From: Chloroflexota bacterium
GTDB lineage: Bacteria > Chloroflexota > Dehalococcoidia > UBA2979
NCBI GenBank assembly: GCA_947499615.1
Contig: CANMOP010000004.1
Location: 38,501-102,500, forward strand
Direction of reading: 5' to 3'
Length of the DNA stretch: 64,000 nucleotides
Shown here: piece by piece, positions 37,280 to 46,840 of the stretch
Layout: each line of letters begins with the position of its first letter
Numbering within the stretch: position 1 is the first letter of the stretch
The notes under the pieces: model-generated
Seen by the model: the letters and a program-made list of their open reading frames with translations, nothing else
Told to the model about the DNA's origin: nothing
Databases searched by the model: none
Made by a program: the position numbers and the translations under genes

Positions 37280-39973
37280 GTGACCGTAGACGAACTGCGC
37301 GACGCGTTCCTCGCCTTCTTCGAGGAGCGCGGACACCGCCGCATCCCTTCCTCATCACTCGTCCCGCACGGCGATCCGTCGCTGCTGTTCACCTCCGCGG
37401 GGATGGTGCAGTTCAAGCCGTACTTCATGGGCCTGGAACAGCCACCGGCGCGCCGCATGACCTCGGTGCAGAAGTGTTTCCGCACGACCGACATCGAGGA
37501 GGTGGGCGACGCCTCCCACCTGACCTTCTTCGAGATGCTCGGAAACTTCTCGATCGCCGACTACTTCAAGCCGGAGGTTATTCCCTGGGCCTGGGAGTTC
37601 CTGACGGGCGTCCTCGGCATCGACGCCGATCGGCTCTGGGCAACGGTGTTCACCGACGACGACGAGGCGTACGACCTCTGGCGGGGGCTCGGCGTGCCGG
37701 AGCGGCGCATCCTGCGCTACACCTCCGAGCAGGGAAACTACTGGTACTCCGGCGAGACGGGGCCATCCGGGCCGTGCTCGGAGCTGCACTACGACTTCGG
37801 CGCCACGTCTGGCTGCCCCGCGTGCGCCGAGGACGCCTGCCACCCTGACGTCGGTTGCGGGCGGTTCCTTGAGATCTGGAACCTCGTCTTCATGGCGTAC
37901 GACCGCCAGCCGGACGGCTCTCGCGTGCCACTGCCCGGCCAGAACATCGACACCGGTGCGGGCATCGAGCGGGTGGCGTGGGTGCTGCAGGGCGTCCGCT
38001 CCGTGTACGAGACCGACCAGTTGCGCGCGATCCTCGCAAGCGCCGAGGCGGTCTCAGGCCGCGCGTACGACCCCGACGCGACGCCCGATGACGCGCGTGC
38101 GTTGCGCGCCATCGCGGAGCACGCCCGCGCGGTCACCTTCCTGATCGCCGACGGCGTCTTCCCGGCGAACGAGGGACGCGGTTACGTGCTGCGACGTGTC
38201 CTGCGCCGCGCGGTGTACTTCGCGTACACGATCGGCGTGCGCGAGCCGTTCTTCGGCACGGTGGTCGGCGCGGCGATCGACGCATCGCTACACGCGCACC
38301 CAGGGTTGGCGCAGCAGCGCGACCTGATTCTGCGCATCGCCGGCCTGGAGGAAGCGCGATTCCAGCAGGCGCTCGCGCGCGGGCTGGAGCTGCTGGACGA
38401 GGTGCTCGAGCGCGAGCAAACCTCGAGGCTCGTCCCGGGCCGCGAGATGTTCACGCTGTACGACACTCACGGCCTGCCGCCTGAGCTCACCGTCGAGGTC
38501 GCCGCGTTGCGCGGCTACGCCGTCGACCGCGAAGGCTTCGAGGCGGAGATGGCGGCCCAGCGGCTGCGCTCGCGTGGCGAGGGTACCTTCGGTGCGTTCG
38601 AGGATCCGCGAGCTGAGCGCTATGCCGCGCTCGGCCTGAGCAGCAGTTTCGTCGGGTACGAGTTGCTCACCGCAACCTCGACGGTCGCACACATCCTCGC
38701 GGACGGCGTCAGCGTCGACCGCCTCAGCGCCGGACAGGCTGGCGAGGTGGTGCTGCCGCAGACCTCGCTGTACCCCGAGGGCGGTGGCCAGGTCGGCGAC
38801 CACGGCGAGATTGTAACCGCCACCGGTCGCTTCCATGTGGACGACACGCAGCGCATCGGCAACGTGATCGCACACGTCGGCAGCGTCGTGGAGGGGCATA
38901 TCGCCACTGGCGACGCCGCCACGACCATCGTCGATGGGACGCGGCGCGTGGACAGCGCGCGCAACCACACCGCCACGCACCTGCTGCACGCAGCGCTGCG
39001 CACGGTGCTGGGCGAGCACGTGCGACAGGCCGGCTCCTACGTCGGGCCGGATCGACTGCGCTTCGACTACACGCATCCCGAGGCGCCATCGTCGGCCGCG
39101 CTGCGCGAAGTGCAGCATCTGGTGAATGCGAGAGTGCGCGACGACATCGTGCGCGAGACGATTGAACTGCCATACGAGGAAGCGATCGAGCGCGGCGCGA
39201 TCGCCTTCTTCGAGGATCGCTACGCAGCTGACGTGCGCATGGTGGAGTACTGCGAGTCGCACGCGCACAACCCCGGCGCTCCGGATGCGGACGGACACGC
39301 GCACGGCGAGTGCTTCAGCCGCGAGTTGTGCGGCGGAACGCACCTGCACTCCACCGGCGGCGTTGGCGTGCTGGTCGTCGTGAGCGACACGAGCATCGGA
39401 GCCGGAATGCGCCGCATCGAGGCGGTCACCGGGCCGGAGGCCGAGCACTACATCGATGAGCGCCTGGACGTGGTGAACGCGCTGGCGCTCCGCTTCAAGG
39501 CTCCAGCCGACGAGATCGGCTCGCGCGTGGACGCACTGGAAGCGCAACTCACCGAGGAACGTCGTCGCGCCACGATGCTCGCTCGACGTGCCTCCGCCGG
39601 GGTAGCCGACGAGCTCGCCGCGGACGCCGAAGAGATCGGCGGCGCGCGGCTGGTGGTGGCTCGCATCGAGGCGGACGACGCCGACGCGATGCGCGCGCTC
39701 GGCGACCGACTGCGCGACCGCTTGCAGCCCGCAGTCATCGTGCTCGGTGCTGCCGTCGGCGACCGCCCGTTGTTCCTGGCGATGGTCTCCGATGAACTGG
39801 TCGAACGCGGCGTACGGGCGGACGAACTCGCGCGTGCCGCAGCGACCGAGGCCGGCGGTGGCGGTGGCGGGCGTCCACAGCTCGCGCAGGCGGGCGGCCG
39901 CGACCTCGCGAAACTCGATAGCGCGCTCTTCGCGGCGCGCGTGGCCGCGAGGGCGCGGCTGACGGGCGGGTAG
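37280..39973 (+). CDS. alaS: Alanine-tRNA ligase
   Basis: LLFTSAGMVQFKP, HLTFFEMLGNFS, IDTG.G.ER, NHTATHLL, ELCGGTH and GGGG motifs. Confidence 0.97.
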   Translation: MTVDELRDAFLAFFEERGHRRIPSSSLVPHGDPSLLFTSAGMVQFKPYFMGLEQPPARRMTSVQKCFRTTDIEEVGDASHLTFFEMLGNFSIADYFKPEVIPWAWEFLTGVLGIDADRLWATVFTDDDEAYDLWRGLGVPERRILRYTSEQGNYWYSGETGPSGPCSELHYDFGATSGCPACAEDACHPDVGCGRFLEIWNLVFMAYDRQPDGSRVPLPGQNIDTGAGIERVAWVLQGVRSVYETDQLRAILASAEAVSGRAYDPDATPDDARALRAIAEHARAVTFLIADGVFPANEGRGYVLRRVLRRAVYFAYTIGVREPFFGTVVGAAIDASLHAHPGLAQQRDLILRIAGLEEARFQQALARGLELLDEVLEREQTSRLVPGREMFTLYDTHGLPPELTVEVAALRGYAVDREGFEAEMAAQRLRSRGEGTFGAFEDPRAERYAALGLSSSFVGYELLTATSTVAHILADGVSVDRLSAGQAGEVVLPQTSLYPEGGGQVGDHGEIVTATGRFHVDDTQRIGNVIAHVGSVVEGHIATGDAATTIVDGTRRVDSARNHTATHLLHAALRTVLGEHVRQAGSYVGPDRLRFDYTHPEAPSSAALREVQHLVNARVRDDIVRETIELPYEEAIERGAIAFFEDRYAADVRMVEYCESHAHNPGAPDADGHAHGECFSRELCGGTHLHSTGGVGVLVVVSDTSIGAGMRRIEAVTGPEAEHYIDERLDVVNALALRFKAPADEIGSRVDALEAQLTEERRRATMLARRASAGVADELAADAEEIGGARLVVARIEADDADAMRALGDRLRDRLQPAVIVLGAAVGDRPLFLAMVSDELVERGVRADELARAAATEAGGGGGGRPQLAQAGGRDLAKLDSALFAARVAARARLTGG

Positions 39974-39977
39974 CGCA

Positions 39978-40385
39978 GTGCGCTGGGTCGGCGTCGATCC
40001 GGGCGGCGCACGCGTCGGCATCGCTGTCTGCGACGACGACGAACGCATCGCCGTGCCGGTGGAGGTTGTGCCGGCATCGGTGGCGGTCCCCGCGATCCGA
40101 ACCGTCGCCACCCGCGAGCACGCGTACGGGATCGTGATTGGGCTCGCCGTGTCGATGGACGGGCGGGAGCGAGCCTCGGCGGCAGCCGGACGGCGGCTGG
40201 GCGAGCGCGTGCGGCGCGTACTGGGTCTGCCCGTAGAATATGAAGACGAACGTCTGAGCACCGCCGCTGCGGAGCGCAGTGTCGGGCGCTCCCGACCGAG
40301 CGACGACATCGCCGCCGCGCACATCCTGCAACAGTTCATCGACCGGAGAAGGCGCGAGGGCCGGGTTGGGGAGTCGCTTCCGTGA
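39978..40385 (+). CDS. ruvX: YqgF/RuvX family resolvase-like nuclease
   Basis: GVDPG..RVGIA, DERLST and D..AA..ILQ motifs; alaS-ruvX-mltG order. Confidence 0.9.
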   Translation: MRWVGVDPGGARVGIAVCDDDERIAVPVEVVPASVAVPAIRTVATREHAYGIVIGLAVSMDGRERASAAAGRRLGERVRRVLGLPVEYEDERLSTAAAERSVGRSRPSDDIAAAHILQQFIDRRRREGRVGESLP

Positions 40386-41442
40386 CCCACGGCTGCTATT
40401 CGCGCTCGCGAGCGTAACGATCGCCGTCACGGTCGCGCTCGGCTTCGCGTGCTCGACGCGCGCGACGATGGGGGCGATGCGCCTCCCGCCGCCGCCACCG
40501 CCCGAAGCGCAGGCGCCCGGCCCCGTGACCTTCGTCGTCGAACCCGGTGCGGCGCCCGACGCGATCGCGGACGCCCTGCGCAATGCAGGCATCATTACGG
40601 ACGCTCGACGTTTCCAGTTGCTGGTCGGGCTGACGGGCAGCGGGCGCGAGATCCGGGCGGGGTGCTACGTCTTCGGGGCCGGCACGCCCGCCGCCGACGT
40701 GCTGCGCCGGCTACGAGGCGGCATCACCGCGAGCCAGTTGCTCGCGATCCCCGAAGGCAAGCGGCTGGAGGAGGTCGGCGCCACGCTGGAGCGCGCGGGC
40801 ATCAGCACCAGCGATCAGTGGGAGACCGCGTTGGCCTCGGCGCCCGTCGCCAACCTGCCGTCGCCACCCCCGGCGGGGGCGTCTCTGCTGGGTTACCTGC
40901 TCCCCGCAAGCTACCCCCTGCTCTGCAAGTCGAGCGCCGACCAGATGGTGAGCGCGATGATCGACGCCTTCTCGGCGCAGGTCACCCCGACGGTGATCGC
41001 CGCAGCACGCGCACGCGGACTCAACCTCCACCAACTGCTTACGCTCGCGTCGATCGTCGAGCGGGAAGCGGTGCTGAAAGAGGAACAGCCGGTGATTGCC
41101 TCGGTGTTCCTCAACCGCCTCGCCGATCGCGTGCCCTTGCAGGCGGACCCGACCGTGCAATTCGCCGTCGCACAGGCCAATCCGCCGAGGCCGGGCGGCA
41201 CCTGGTGGAAGACCGATCTGACGGAGACAGACCTGCGCATCAGCTCGCCGTACAACACCTACCGCAACGCCGGCCTACCGCCCGGCCCGATCGCGAACCC
41301 GGGCATCGGCGCGATTACCGCAGTGGCCAACGCCGCGCGTACGGACTACTACTATTTTGTGGCGAAGGGTGACGGCTCACACGCATTCTCGCGTACGCTT
41401 GCGGAGCACAATGCGAACGTCGCGCGGTATCAGCGGCCATGA
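40366..41442 (+). CDS. mltG: Endolytic transglycosylase MltG (start uncertain)
   Basis: LASIVERE, VFLNRL, LQADPT and SPYNTY..GLPPGPI.NPG motifs. Confidence 0.93.
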   Translation: MGSRFRDPRLLFALASVTIAVTVALGFACSTRATMGAMRLPPPPPPEAQAPGPVTFVVEPGAAPDAIADALRNAGIITDARRFQLLVGLTGSGREIRAGCYVFGAGTPAADVLRRLRGGITASQLLAIPEGKRLEEVGATLERAGISTSDQWETALASAPVANLPSPPPAGASLLGYLLPASYPLLCKSSADQMVSAMIDAFSAQVTPTVIAAARARGLNLHQLLTLASIVEREAVLKEEQPVIASVFLNRLADRVPLQADPTVQFAVAQANPPRPGGTWWKTDLTETDLRISSPYNTYRNAGLPPGPIANPGIGAITAVANAARTDYYYFVAKGDGSHAFSRTLAEHNANVARYQRP

Positions 41443-41500
41443 GTAGCATCGCTGTCGCGAGGGCGGCCACCACCAGTTCGGCAACCACGGGAGCGACCCC

Positions 41501-42382
41501 ATGACCAGCACCGTCGCGCTCATCGGACACCCCGTCTCGCACTCCATCTCGCCGAGGTTCCAGCAGGCGGCGTTCGATGCTGCGGGCATCGACGCGCGCT
41601 ACGAGGCGTGGGACGTGCTCCCGGAGGACATCGGCGTCACGCTGGAGCGCTTGCGCAGTGGCTCCATGCTGGGCGCGAACGTCACGATCCCGCACAAGGA
41701 AACGGTCGCACGGCTCGTCGAACGCCCTGACGCGCTGGTCGAGTGGATGGGCGCAGCCAACACCATCGTGCGACGTGACGGCGTACTGCACGCGACGAAC
41801 ACCGACGTGATCGGAATCACGCGCGCACTGGAAGATGCTGGGGTCGAACTGCGCGGACAGAGCGTGTTGCTGCTCGGCGCCGGCGGCGCGGCCCGCGCGG
41901 TGGTAGTCGCACTGCGTCGAGCAGGCGCGGCACGCCTCTGGATCGCCAACCGCACTGCCGACCGCGCTCACGCGATCGCCACGCTCGCTGGCGACGACGT
42001 GTCGACGAGCGTCGTCCCGCTGGACGCTGCGGATCCTGCGCTCGAGGCGGCGGCGCGTGCCGCCACGGTGATCGTGAACTCCACCTCGCTCGGGATGCGC
42101 CACGGCCCCGGCGCGGAAGAAACGCCGTTGCCCGAAGAGTTGTTCGCGCCTGGGCAGGCCGCCTTCGATCTGGTATACGTGCCGGAGCGCACGCCGTTCC
42201 TCGCCGCCGCGGAGCGCGCGGGAGCACGTACCATCGGTGGGCTCTCCATGTTGATACACCAGGGTGCCGAGGCGTTCCGGCTCTGGACCGGCGTCGAGCC
42301 GCCGATCGACGTGATGTTCGCCGCCGCACGCGCGGCGCTACGCGACGCCGAGGCCGGCGCAGCCTCACGCGACGGGCGCTGA
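41501..42382 (+). CDS. aroE: Shikimate dehydrogenase
   Basis: HS.SP, NVTIPHK, NTD..G, LGAGGAARA and DLVY.P motifs. Confidence 0.95.
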   Translation: MTSTVALIGHPVSHSISPRFQQAAFDAAGIDARYEAWDVLPEDIGVTLERLRSGSMLGANVTIPHKETVARLVERPDALVEWMGAANTIVRRDGVLHATNTDVIGITRALEDAGVELRGQSVLLLGAGGAARAVVVALRRAGAARLWIANRTADRAHAIATLAGDDVSTSVVPLDAADPALEAAARAATVIVNSTSLGMRHGPGAEETPLPEELFAPGQAAFDLVYVPERTPFLAAAERAGARTIGGLSMLIHQGAEAFRLWTGVEPPIDVMFAAARAALRDAEAGAASRDGR

Positions 42383-42386
42383 CCGC

Positions 42387-43067
42387 GTGATCATCCTCGG
42401 CATCGTTGGATTCCTGCTCATCACGGCGGTCGTCGGGTTCGCGATCGTCTCGTCGGCGTTCTCCCAACGCCATTGGAAGCACGTGATCGCGGAGGGCGAC
42501 CGGCCGACGCTGGTAGCCGCTGTCGAGGAGGCGTTCGAGACGTTCCGCCAGATGCGCGCGCCTCGAGGGGTGCCCCCCGCGGACTGGCTGGGACTCCAGT
42601 CCGCCACCGTCGTCGCCGCCGACCGCGACCGATGCCGCGTCACAGTCGTCGTCGAACCGGATCTGCGCGTCGTCGATGGCGAACGACGCGAGGTTGGGCC
42701 GGCGCAGGCGGTGGCTCGACGGGTGGCGGTACGCATGGTGGAACGGCTGCTGTACGAGATCCCATTGGCGCGCTTTGAGGCCGTTCAGGTGGACGTCTAC
42801 ACCGAATATCGAAGCGCCGCAGGGGCAATCCAGACCGACTGCCTGCTGACCACACGCGTCTCCCGCGAGCTTGGCAGCGAGACGGAGTGGGACGAGCAGG
42901 AAGCAGGCGCTATCCTCGCCCTCTGGCATACACGCGAAGCGGCAGCCGGTACACCCGTCGACCCGGGTGCCGCCGCAATCATTCGCCCGGACGAGTTCGA
43001 GCTGCCGGCCCGCGATGATGCGCGCGATAGCGACGAGACGGACAACGTGAAGGACGGCCCGCGATGA
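42387..43067 (+). CDS. Membrane-anchored hypothetical protein
   Basis: N-terminal TM; host-like codon usage; stop overlaps the aroC start (ATGA). Confidence 0.7.
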   Translation: MIILGIVGFLLITAVVGFAIVSSAFSQRHWKHVIAEGDRPTLVAAVEEAFETFRQMRAPRGVPPADWLGLQSATVVAADRDRCRVTVVVEPDLRVVDGERREVGPAQAVARRVAVRMVERLLYEIPLARFEAVQVDVYTEYRSAAGAIQTDCLLTTRVSRELGSETEWDEQEAGAILALWHTREAAAGTPVDPGAAAIIRPDEFELPARDDARDSDETDNVKDGPR

Positions 43068-44245
43068 CTGAGTTCCGCTTTCTGACCGCCGGAGAATCGC
43101 ACGGCAAAGGCCTCACCTCGATCGTCGAGGGCGTACCGGCCGGGTTGCCGCTGACGGAGGGGCAGATCGCGTTCGACCTCGCGCGGCGACAGCAGGGCTA
43201 CGGTCGCGGTCGCCGCCAGCAGATCGAGCGCGACTTCGCGGAGCTGACCGGCGGTGTGCGGCACGGCCTGACGATGGGCTCGCCCATCGCGATGTGGATC
43301 GCGAATGCCGACCACAAAAACGCCAATTGGCAGGTGCGCATGGCGGCCGGCCCGGTGGACGAGGAAGTGGAGCGCGTCACGCTGCTGCGCCCGGGGCACG
43401 CTGACCTTGCCGGCACGCAGAAGTACGGCATCGATGATGTCCGTCCGATCCTGGAGCGCTCCAGCGCACGCGAGACGGCGCAACGCGTCGCCGTCGGCGC
43501 GATCGCTCGCGCGCTGCTCGCGGAGATCGGCATCACCATCCGCTCGCACGCCGTCGTGATCGGCGATGTGGAAGCGAACGTGCCGGAGCGCATCGATTGG
43601 GACGCGGTGGAGGTGTCGCCAGTACGCGTCGCCGATCGCCAGGCAGAGGCCCGCATGATCGCAGCGATCGATCAGGCGAAGGAGGACCTCGACAGCATCG
43701 GCGGCATCTTCGAGGTGCGTGCGAGCGGTGTACCGTTCGGCCTAGGCAGCCACGTAATGTGGGACCGTCGGCTGGACGGCAAGATCGCGCAGGCGTTCCT
43801 CTCCATCAACGCGGTCAAGGGCGTTGAGATCGGCGACGGATTCGCGAACGCTCGCAAGCCGGGCTCGGAGGTGCAGGACATCATCCTGCCAGCGCCGGAG
43901 TGGGAGCGCCGCCCATGGGAGCACGCCACCAATCGCGCAGGCGGCATCGAGGCGGGCATGACCAATGGCGAGGACATCGTCGTGCGCGGCGCGCTCAAGC
44001 CGATCTCGACGATCCCGCGACGCCTCCAGTCCGCCGACCTGCTGACGGGCGAAGAGGCGCAGGCGATGTACGAGCGCTCCGATGCGTGCGTGGTGCCTGC
44101 GGCCGGCGTCATCGGCGAGGCGATGCTCGCGATCGTGCTGGCTCAGGCGGCACTCGAGAAGTTCGGCGGCGACCACGTCGATGAGTTCCGCCGCAACTTC
44201 CAGGCGTTCAACGCCACCGTCGGCCCGCGGGAGCGCCGCGAGTGA
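43064..44245 (+). CDS. aroC: Chorismate synthase
   Basis: TAGESHG, RPGHAD, ERSSARET, KGVEIG and KPIST motifs. Confidence 0.97.
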   Translation: MTEFRFLTAGESHGKGLTSIVEGVPAGLPLTEGQIAFDLARRQQGYGRGRRQQIERDFAELTGGVRHGLTMGSPIAMWIANADHKNANWQVRMAAGPVDEEVERVTLLRPGHADLAGTQKYGIDDVRPILERSSARETAQRVAVGAIARALLAEIGITIRSHAVVIGDVEANVPERIDWDAVEVSPVRVADRQAEARMIAAIDQAKEDLDSIGGIFEVRASGVPFGLGSHVMWDRRLDGKIAQAFLSINAVKGVEIGDGFANARKPGSEVQDIILPAPEWERRPWEHATNRAGGIEAGMTNGEDIVVRGALKPISTIPRRLQSADLLTGEEAQAMYERSDACVVPAAGVIGEAMLAIVLAQAALEKFGGDHVDEFRRNFQAFNATVGPRERRE

Positions 44246-45954
44246 CCACCGGGCCTCAATCGGCATCCGTGCAATCGGCGCAGCAGATCGTGCTGGTCGG
44301 GCTCTCCGGCGTCGGCAAGTCAACCGTGGGGGCGATTCTCGCGGCCCGTCTCGGCTGGCCGCTGCTCGACACGGACGACCTCGTGCGGGCGAGCGAGGGC
44401 CAGACCGCCGCGCAGATCATCACGACGCGTGGCGAGCCTGCGTTCCGCGAAATCGAGGTCCGCGTTGTCGTCGACGCCGCGCAGCACGTGCCCGCGGTGA
44501 TCGCGACCGGCGGAGGTGCGTTCCAGCACCCGGCCGCGCGACAGGCGTTGGGTCGACGCGGGCTGATCTGCTACCTCGACGCCACGCCGGCGGAGATCGC
44601 GCGACGCGTGCGCGCGGTGCCGCAATCGAGCGAGCGCCCACTGATCGCCGGCGAGGACATGGAGGGTCGGCTCCAGGCGCTGGATGACGAGCGCCGCCCC
44701 GCCTACTCCCACGCCGATATCTGGGTGCCGGTCCAAGGGATGACACCCGAGGCGGCCGCGAACCGCATCCTGCAGGCGTGGGCCGGCGACGCTGCTTCCG
44801 CACTCGCGCTGCCGCTGCGGCTGGACCGCCTGAGTTCGGCACGCCCCTCCGGCGTGCCGGCCGCGATCGTCGACACCGGTGCCGAGCGCTACCCGATCTG
44901 GGTTGGCCCCGGCCAACTGGAGCGGCTGCCCGAGCGGCTGCGCATGTTGGGCCTGAACGGCCGCGTCTTCCTGATCACCGATGCCAACGTGATGGCCGCG
45001 CACGGCGAGCAGGTCGCGAAGGTGCTGGATGCCGCTGGCATCGCAGGCGCCGCATATATCATCCCCCCCGGCGAGGCCTCCAAGTCCTTGCGCGTCGCCG
45101 AGGAGGTGTACCGCTGGCTGGCCGAACAACGCGCGGAGCGTCGTGACACGATCCTCGCGCTCGGCGGCGGGGTGGTCGGAGACCTCGCGGGGTACGTCGG
45201 CTCGACGTACCTGCGCGGAATGGCAGTAGTGCAGGCACCCACCTCGGTGCTGGCGATGAACGATGCCTCGATCGGCGGCAAGGTCGCGGTCGATCTGCCA
45301 CAGGGCAAGAACCTCGTCGGCGCGTTTGCGCAGCCGCGCGCGGTGATCGCGGACACCGACACGTTGCGCACACTCCCGCGTCGCTCGCTCGTTGAGGGCT
45401 ACGGCGAAGTGATCAAGCACGCACTGATCCTGGACCCCGCGCTGTTCCACGAGTTGGAGCGGCACGCCGGCTCACTCTCCACCGGCACCGCGGATCCGGA
45501 GCTGGTCGCGACGCTGTTCGCACGCTCGGCGCGGCTCAAGGCGCTGATCGTCTCGACCGACCCACGCGAGCAGGGCATCCGCGCGATCCTGAACTACGGC
45601 CACACCATTGGGCATGGCGTGGAGACGGCGACGGCGTTCGACGGGCAGTACCTGCACGGCGAGGCCGTCTCCGTCGGCATGATGGGCGCTGCCCGCATCG
45701 CCGTGCGCATGGGACTGCACGACGAGGAACTACTCGCGCGGCAAGCCGACTTGCTGCGCGCGTTCGGGCTGCCACTTGCGGCGCCGGGCGTCGACGCTCG
45801 TGTCGTGCTCGACGCGATGCGCCTCGACAAGAAGGTGGAAGGCGGCACGATGCGCTTCATCCTGCTGGACGAGATAGGCAGCGCGCGTGTGCACGCCGAT
45901 GTGCCGGAGCCACTGGTCGGCGAGGTGGTGCGCAGCCTGGTCGCGAGCGGGTGA
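44242..45954 (+). CDS. aroB: Fused shikimate kinase / 3-dehydroquinate synthase (AroK-AroB)
   Basis: N-terminal GLSGVGKST and ATGGG; C-terminal GGGVVGD.AG, KNLVGAF, LNYGHT.GH and HGEAV. Confidence 0.94.
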   Translation: MTTGPQSASVQSAQQIVLVGLSGVGKSTVGAILAARLGWPLLDTDDLVRASEGQTAAQIITTRGEPAFREIEVRVVVDAAQHVPAVIATGGGAFQHPAARQALGRRGLICYLDATPAEIARRVRAVPQSSERPLIAGEDMEGRLQALDDERRPAYSHADIWVPVQGMTPEAAANRILQAWAGDAASALALPLRLDRLSSARPSGVPAAIVDTGAERYPIWVGPGQLERLPERLRMLGLNGRVFLITDANVMAAHGEQVAKVLDAAGIAGAAYIIPPGEASKSLRVAEEVYRWLAEQRAERRDTILALGGGVVGDLAGYVGSTYLRGMAVVQAPTSVLAMNDASIGGKVAVDLPQGKNLVGAFAQPRAVIADTDTLRTLPRRSLVEGYGEVIKHALILDPALFHELERHAGSLSTGTADPELVATLFARSARLKALIVSTDPREQGIRAILNYGHTIGHGVETATAFDGQYLHGEAVSVGMMGAARIAVRMGLHDEELLARQADLLRAFGLPLAAPGVDARVVLDAMRLDKKVEGGTMRFILLDEIGSARVHADVPEPLVGEVVRSLVASG

Positions 45955-45958
45955 GGCG

Positions 45959-46261
45959 ATGACCAGCAGGGCAGCCAACCGACCACCTCGACGTATCGTG
46001 GCGAAGGCGATCGGGCGCGTGCAGGGCGTGGGCTTCCGCGCCTTCTGCGCCGACGAGGCGATGCGCCTGCATGTCGATGGCTACGCGAAGAACCTGAGCG
46101 ACGGTCGCACCGTCGAGGTGGTCGGCGAGGCCGACGAGCCGACGCTGCGCCGCTTCGTCGAGCGCCTCCGCGCAGGCCCGCCGATGTCGCACGTCGCCGA
46201 TGTCGAGTTCCGCTGGGAAGAGCCGACCGGCGAGTTCCACGGCTTCGAGTCGGTCATCTAG
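45959..46261 (+). CDS. acyP: Acylphosphatase
   Basis: GRVQGVGFR, G...N..DG..VE and GPP motifs. Confidence 0.93.
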   Translation: MTSRAANRPPRRIVAKAIGRVQGVGFRAFCADEAMRLHVDGYAKNLSDGRTVEVVGEADEPTLRRFVERLRAGPPMSHVADVEFRWEEPTGEFHGFESVI

Positions 46262-46436
46262 GCTCGCCATCGGGTCGATCGGCTGCCCGTCCCATCGTCG
46301 GGCATACGCCACCCGCCATCCCTCGCAACGAAACTTGCTGCGGACGATGCAACGCGCCTATAACCATCGTAATGACCACGCCACAGCGCGATGGTCGAGG
46401 GTGCATGAGCGTCTACGAACCGAGAAGGAGCGAACG

Positions 46437-46805
46437 ATGCAACAGCCCGGAAATTCCAGCAGCAGTGCCTCAAACGACAACGTGATCGCAGGCATTTGCT
46501 ACATCATCGGTTTGTTCAGTGCGATCTTCCTGTTCATCGCGCCATACAGCACGAACCCAACGGTGCGCTTTCACGCGATGCAATCGATCGTGCTGCAGGT
46601 CGTGGTCGTCGTTGGCTTTATTGTGCTCAACGTCGCACTCGCAGTGATCACGAGCATCATGCCGTTCGCGTTCTTCCTGTATCTGCTTATGCCGCTCGTC
46701 TGGCTTGGCGTAGTCGGCGTGTTCATTCTGTTGGCGATCAAGGCCTTCCAGGGCAACGGCATCGAGGTTCCGGTGGTCAGCGATTGGGCGAAGCGGTTCG
46801 CGTAG
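46437..46805 (+). CDS. DUF4870-like membrane protein
   Basis: AGICY..., VRFHAMQS, KAFQG..P pattern; three TM helices; AAGGAG RBS. Confidence 0.8.
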   Translation: MQQPGNSSSSASNDNVIAGICYIIGLFSAIFLFIAPYSTNPTVRFHAMQSIVLQVVVVVGFIVLNVALAVITSIMPFAFFLYLLMPLVWLGVVGVFILLAIKAFQGNGIEVPVVSDWAKRFA

Positions 46806-46840
46806 ATGCGTCACTTGATACACGCCCGAGAGCTGCCGCG

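Noticed and set aside
38288..40390. 700-aa antisense ORF over alaS/ruvX, and similar long shadow ORFs (e.g. 3610-5262, 14058-15635, 31951-33369, 48330-49844, 61175-62605)
   Set aside because: They mirror well-supported genes on the other strand. Stop-poor shadow frames are expected at this GC content, and they show no recognisable motifs.
44242..45954. AroK-AroB fusion as a novelty
   Set aside because: This fusion is well known in several bacterial lineages.
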